Shown here: positions 60,610 to 64,000 of the stretch, in pieces
Layout: the number at the start of each line of letters is the position of its first letter
Position numbering within the stretch: position 1 is the stretch's first letter
Assembly (NCBI GenBank): GCA_963675755.2
Contig: CAXXMD010000003.1
Coordinates: forward strand, 2,464,001 to 2,528,000
Reading direction: 5' to 3'
Length of the DNA: 64,000 bases
Source: a bacterium
GTDB taxonomy: Bacteria > Zhuqueibacterota > Zhuqueibacteria > Residuimicrobiales > Krinioviventaceae
The notes under the pieces: generated by a model
The model's input: the letters and a program-made list of their open reading frames with translations, nothing else
Database searches by the model: none
Told to the model about the DNA's origin: nothing
Translations under genes and position numbers: made by a program

Positions 60610-61043
60610 AGAAAATGCAGGAACTGTTGGTACGATCTTTTGATCAGGTCCTGTCAGCGAAGGAACAGCAGGAACTGGACCAGGCACTGGAACAGTCAAA
60701 AGAGCTTCGCCAGGAAAAAGAACAGCTTGAAAGCATGCGAAATCTGTTTTCGGCAGGGGCAGAAGAATCTTTTCGGCCCATGTTTGCAGAACGGGTTATG
60801 AACCGGATAACAACCGAAAGCGCGCAGCAACCCGCTAGTGAAATGGAATTTTTTGATTCTCTTTTGCATATTTTTCGTAAAGTTGCCATTGCCGGTGCAA
60901 TTGCAATTGTGGTGCTTGCTTCGGCTCAGTTGATTGTCAATAATCCATCTACAACAACAACTGCAACGCAGAATGTATCAGAAATGTCATTGGATGATGT
61001 ACTGGTTTCAGCTTTTATTTCCTCAATGGAGGATATGCTATGA
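60606..61043 (+). CDS. Membrane-anchored anti-sigma factor (zinc-free ASD-like)
   Basis: ATGA overlap with the sigma gene; LSAKEQQELDQAL ASD-like helix without HxxxCxxC; FAERVM; one TM. Confidence 0.75.
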   Translation: MKKMQELLVRSFDQVLSAKEQQELDQALEQSKELRQEKEQLESMRNLFSAGAEESFRPMFAERVMNRITTESAQQPASEMEFFDSLLHIFRKVAIAGAIAIVVLASAQLIVNNPSTTTTATQNVSEMSLDDVLVSAFISSMEDML

Positions 61044-61558
61044 CCGTACAGACCAAATCCTCTTTTATACTGTTATTGACACTGCTTTTGGGGATACTGA
61101 TTGGCGCCCTGGGAATGAACTTTTATAAAAATCAGCGTATGGTGCAATTCAAAGATTTCAGAGAACGCGAAATGTTTATGGGACTGCATGAGCGAATTAT
61201 TCAGCCCCATTCTGAAGCACAACGCGATTCCATTTCTCAGGTGCTGGATAAATATTTGCCCCGTTTTAAAGAATTGCATGAAAAGAACAAAGAAGAGATT
61301 GAAGTTATTATAGATTCGTTGCAAAATGATCTAAAACCGATTTTATCTGAGGAGCAATGGCAGCGATTGATTGAACGCCGTGAACGTATGGATCGCTGGG
61401 GCGGTCCGGACAAGTTTGGTCCTCCCCCCGGTGACAGGCCTTTTCCTGGTCCACGTGAGGGTGAGGACTGGAAAGATCGCAGACCTCCGGGGCCCAATGA
61501 TATGCCCCCGCATGGAAGTGATGGCATGCCTCCACAACCCCCTCAAATGCCTCAATAA
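61040..61558 (+). CDS. Periplasmic Spy/CpxP/heavy-metal-sensor-like protein with Pro/Gly-rich tail
   Basis: N-terminal TM, helical core with ILSEEQW (LTxxQ-like), ATGA-coupled to the anti-sigma gene. Confidence 0.7.
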   Translation: MTVQTKSSFILLLTLLLGILIGALGMNFYKNQRMVQFKDFREREMFMGLHERIIQPHSEAQRDSISQVLDKYLPRFKELHEKNKEEIEVIIDSLQNDLKPILSEEQWQRLIERRERMDRWGGPDKFGPPPGDRPFPGPREGEDWKDRRPPGPNDMPPHGSDGMPPQPPQMPQ

Positions 61559-61573
61559 GCGTTTATACAATTT

Positions 61574-61611
61574 AAAAAGGTGATTCGATAATTTGGATCA
61601 CCTTTTTTTTT
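61574..61611 (+). terminator. Rho-independent terminator (possibly bidirectional)
   Basis: AAAAAGGTGATTCGA-taa-TTTGGATCACCTTTTTTTTT. Confidence 0.8.
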
Positions 61612-61713
61612 ATTAAAAAAATATTTACGTTTTTCTGCGTTATTGCCCTAACCTCTTGTTTATCTTGTAAAATATGTGTGAAAATTTCAATGTATTTCTC
61701 TATTACGCTTTTG

Positions 61714-61742
61714 GGAATGTTACTGAATCTGGTATTGTCTAA
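61714..61742 (+). promoter_or_regulatory. Putative ECF promoter GGAATG-N15-TTGTCTAA
   Basis: Same two boxes as 60013-60040, ending 58 nt before ATG 61800. Confidence 0.6.
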
Positions 61743-61799
61743 TTTGCGCAACAGGAAATAAAGGAGAACACATCACATCAATCACCAAAGGAGAACGTC

Positions 61800-63290
61800 A
61801 TGAAGAAAAGAAATTTTATTTACAAGACGGTAACTATAATATTTTTATTCGGGCTTGTATTTTTATGGGAAGAGATTCTATTGGCACAGCCTGGTGTTGG
61901 AATGGGACATGGCGACGACAAAGGAATGCATGCCCCGTTTTTTGAATTACTCACAGATGACCAGCAAGCGGAAATACAATCGCTTGTTGAAGCCATGCGT
62001 GAAGCGGGCAGTGACCGAGAAGCCGTTCGTGAGGCGGTTGACGCAAAATTGGATGAATGGGGCATTGAACGCCCTGAGCCCCCTGAAGGTGGCGGGCCTG
62101 GCATGCATGGCGGTCCCTTTGCGGATCTGACAGAAGAACAGCGCACAGAAATTAAGACACTCGTTGAAACCCTGCGCGAAGCGGGCAGTGACCTTCAAGC
62201 TGTTCGTGAGGCTGTGGATGCCAAACTGGAAGAATGGGGCATTGAACGCCCGGAACCCCCTGAAGGTGGCGGCCCTGGCCTGCATGGCGGTCCATTTGCG
62301 GATCTGACAGAAGAACAACGTACCGAACTTGAGACCCTGGTTGAAACCCTGCGCGAAGCGGGCAGTGACCGTAAAGCAGTTCGTGAGGCTGTGGATGCCA
62401 AACTGGAAGAATGGGGCATTGAACGCCCGGAACCCCCTGAAGATGGCGGCCCTGGCATGCATGGCGGTCCCTTTGCGGATCTGACAGAAGAACAGCGTAC
62501 CGAACTCGAGACCCTTGTTGAAACCCTGCGTGAATCGGGCAGCGACCGTGAGGCCGTTCGAGAAGCTGTAAATAATAAGCTGGAAGAATGGGGTATTGAA
62601 CTACCCGAACCTCCGGAAGGCGGAAGACATGGTGGCCCCGGTAAACACGGAATGCCTTTTAAAGATTTGTTAACCGATGAACAACAAGCAGAGCTGGAGA
62701 CAATGGTCAGCAGCATGAGAGATGCTGACAGCAGTCGTGACGAGATCCACGAGGCTATCGAAACCAAGCTGGAGGAATGGGGTATAGAAATCCCGGAAAA
62801 ACCAGATCAGGATATACATGACGCCATGAAGGAATTGACAACGGAACAACGGAAACAGGTCCATGAACTGGTCAAAGATATGCATGAACAGGGAGCGGAA
62901 CGTGAAGAAATTCAGGAAGCAGTCAAGAGTCTGTTAGAATCGTTTGGGATAGAGATTGGTGACAGTTCTGAATCCAGTGAATCGGAAATCGAAACCCAAA
63001 ACCATTATGGAAGTACAATACTGGCGGCAAGTAATTTCCCCAATCCTTTTAATCCGGAAACCCGGATCAGTTTTGAACTGGGTAAGGCTGCAAGAGTACA
63101 AGTATCTGTTTATAACGTCAAAGGCCAGTTGGTAAATACCTTGATGGATGAGTACCGTAATGAAGGGACTTGCCAGGTGCAATGGAACGGAACACTGGGA
63201 AATGGTGATTCTGCACCATCGGGTATGTATTTTTTTAAAATTAATGCCGGTGGTGAAACATTAACCGAAAGAATGTTGTTAATGAAATAG
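61800..63290 (+). CDS. Secreted tandem-repeat protein (six ~59-aa LTxxQ helical repeats) with FlgD-Ig/T9SS-type C-terminal domain
   Basis: Signal peptide, repeats LT(D/E)EQ...AVDAKLEEWGIERPEPPEGGGPGMHGGPF and tail NFPNPFNP...PSGMYFFKI...MLLMK. Confidence 0.85.
   Translation: MKKRNFIYKTVTIIFLFGLVFLWEEILLAQPGVGMGHGDDKGMHAPFFELLTDDQQAEIQSLVEAMREAGSDREAVREAVDAKLDEWGIERPEPPEGGGPGMHGGPFADLTEEQRTEIKTLVETLREAGSDLQAVREAVDAKLEEWGIERPEPPEGGGPGLHGGPFADLTEEQRTELETLVETLREAGSDRKAVREAVDAKLEEWGIERPEPPEDGGPGMHGGPFADLTEEQRTELETLVETLRESGSDREAVREAVNNKLEEWGIELPEPPEGGRHGGPGKHGMPFKDLLTDEQQAELETMVSSMRDADSSRDEIHEAIETKLEEWGIEIPEKPDQDIHDAMKELTTEQRKQVHELVKDMHEQGAEREEIQEAVKSLLESFGIEIGDSSESSESEIETQNHYGSTILAASNFPNPFNPETRISFELGKAARVQVSVYNVKGQLVNTLMDEYRNEGTCQVQWNGTLGNGDSAPSGMYFFKINAGGETLTERMLLMK
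61945..62800 (+). repeat. 177-bp intragenic tandem repeat
   Basis: gcggatctgacagaagaaca recurs at 62121, 62298 and 62475 (period 177), with more diverged units on either side. Confidence 0.9.
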
Positions 63291-63296
63291 TTTGTA

Positions 63297-63325
63297 AAGC
63301 AGAGGTACAAAACCTCTGCTTTTTT
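63297..63325 (+). terminator. Rho-independent terminator
   Basis: AAGCAGAGGT-acaaa-ACCTCTGCTT followed by TTTT. Confidence 0.8.
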
Positions 63326-63347
63326 GTAATCATACGAGGGAAATAAT

Positions 63348-64000
63348 ATGAAAACAAAATTGATTATGCTCTATACTGGTTTACTCACGTTAATGTTTTT
63401 GGGTTGCAAGTCTACCACATATGAATGTTACGAGTTGAACAGCAAAATAACGATTAATGGCAATAACGCTGACTGGGAAAAAATACCCCAGTTGTATGAT
63501 GAGGATAATGAAACGGTATTTGCATTTGCTAAAAACGATTCATTTGTATTTGTGATGATCAGCTTTAACAATGAAAGCATGGTCCGCAAATTTACCATGG
63601 GCGGTGGTGGAATCTGGTGGAGTGCTGATGGTAAAAAAGAAGAAGCGTTTGGGTTGTTCTATCCTCCTGTAACTCCGGTAGCCATGGGAGAACAGGGACA
63701 ACGACCGCAGATGGAGCGTAATTCAGACACAAATCAGTCACGCCCGGGTGAGAAACGAGGTGGTGGTATGATGCAGGATGTTCCCTGGAATTTGATAACC
63801 CCCCGTTTTGTAAACAATACAACCGGTCAGGAGAAAAGTTGGAGTGAAGAACCTTTTGTGGCTACGGCAGGTGCTCAGGACAAAACAGGTGTATGTTTTG
63901 AATTCAAGATCCCGTCATCAGAGATATCCGAAAATGGAATTGATCTGGCCGCCAAAGAATTTTATGTGGGTCTGGAAATTACCGGTGTTGAAATGGAATC
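63348..64000 (+). CDS. Hypothetical lipoprotein, runs off the window end (absent from the ORF track)
   Basis: SD gaggg, MKTKLIMLYTGLLTLMFLG-C lipobox, ITINGNNADW and FEFKIP (CBM9/DOMON-like); open to 64000. Confidence 0.75.
   Translation, partial: MKTKLIMLYTGLLTLMFLGCKSTTYECYELNSKITINGNNADWEKIPQLYDEDNETVFAFAKNDSFVFVMISFNNESMVRKFTMGGGGIWWSADGKKEEAFGLFYPPVTPVAMGEQGQRPQMERNSDTNQSRPGEKRGGGMMQDVPWNLITPRFVNNTTGQEKSWSEEPFVATAGAQDKTGVCFEFKIPSSEISENGIDLAAKEFYVGLEITGVEME

Noticed and set aside
61945-62800. Tandem repeat as a CRISPR or other guide-RNA array
   Set aside because: The period is 177 bp, in frame, with no unique spacers and mostly synonymous or conservative variation; it is a protein repeat and no cas genes are present.
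723-63822. Numerous 60-200 aa antisense or alternate-frame ORFs in the track (e.g. 11917-12468, 32382-33005, 62195-62767)
   Set aside because: They are shadows of well-supported genes and lack their own SD sequences or recognisable motifs.
1-64000. tRNA, rRNA, transposase, integrase or prophage genes
   Set aside because: No cloverleaf or T-loop signature in intergenic DNA and no ORF with DDE, HUH, tyrosine/serine recombinase or phage structural motifs was recognised.

Overview
A 64-kb chromosomal segment from a Gram-negative bacterium, probably of the FCB superphylum (KSB1/Calditrichota-like). That placement is inferred from two proteins ending in an 'N(Y/F)PNPFNP...SG(I/M)YF' FlgD-Ig/T9SS-type sorting domain, a homodimeric GlyRS, many CAZymes/sulfatase and an MCP. 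Housekeeping blocks are recO-glyQS, ilvD-ilvB-leuC-leuD and menG-menF-menD-menH-menB. They are interleaved with carbohydrate and phosphate scavenging genes (GH43, GH20, PL9, esterases, PhoD, sulfatase), a BrnT/BrnA toxin-antitoxin pair, an orphan SNF2 helicase and three tandem paralog pairs (HAD, CPBP, ExbD-like). No rRNA, tRNA, CRISPR array, integrase or transposase was seen. The most notable observations are: (1) modular REP/REPIN-like palindrome mosaics, with three separate one- or two-gene units (ppk2, brnTA, an AT-rich lipoprotein) each bracketed by direct copies of a composite repeat; (2) an ECF sigma/anti-sigma/Spy-like locus that shares a promoter motif with a secreted protein made of six ~59-aa LTxxQ repeats plus a sorting domain; (3) an AT-rich DUF2188 + TIR/NDT-like two-gene module, a candidate defence system; (4) an Ile/Leu/Val-rich leader peptide with CTA codons ahead of ilvD but no classical terminator; (5) a promoter-driven structured RNA resembling Acido-Lenti-1. 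All family assignments come from motif recognition by eye; no searches were run.
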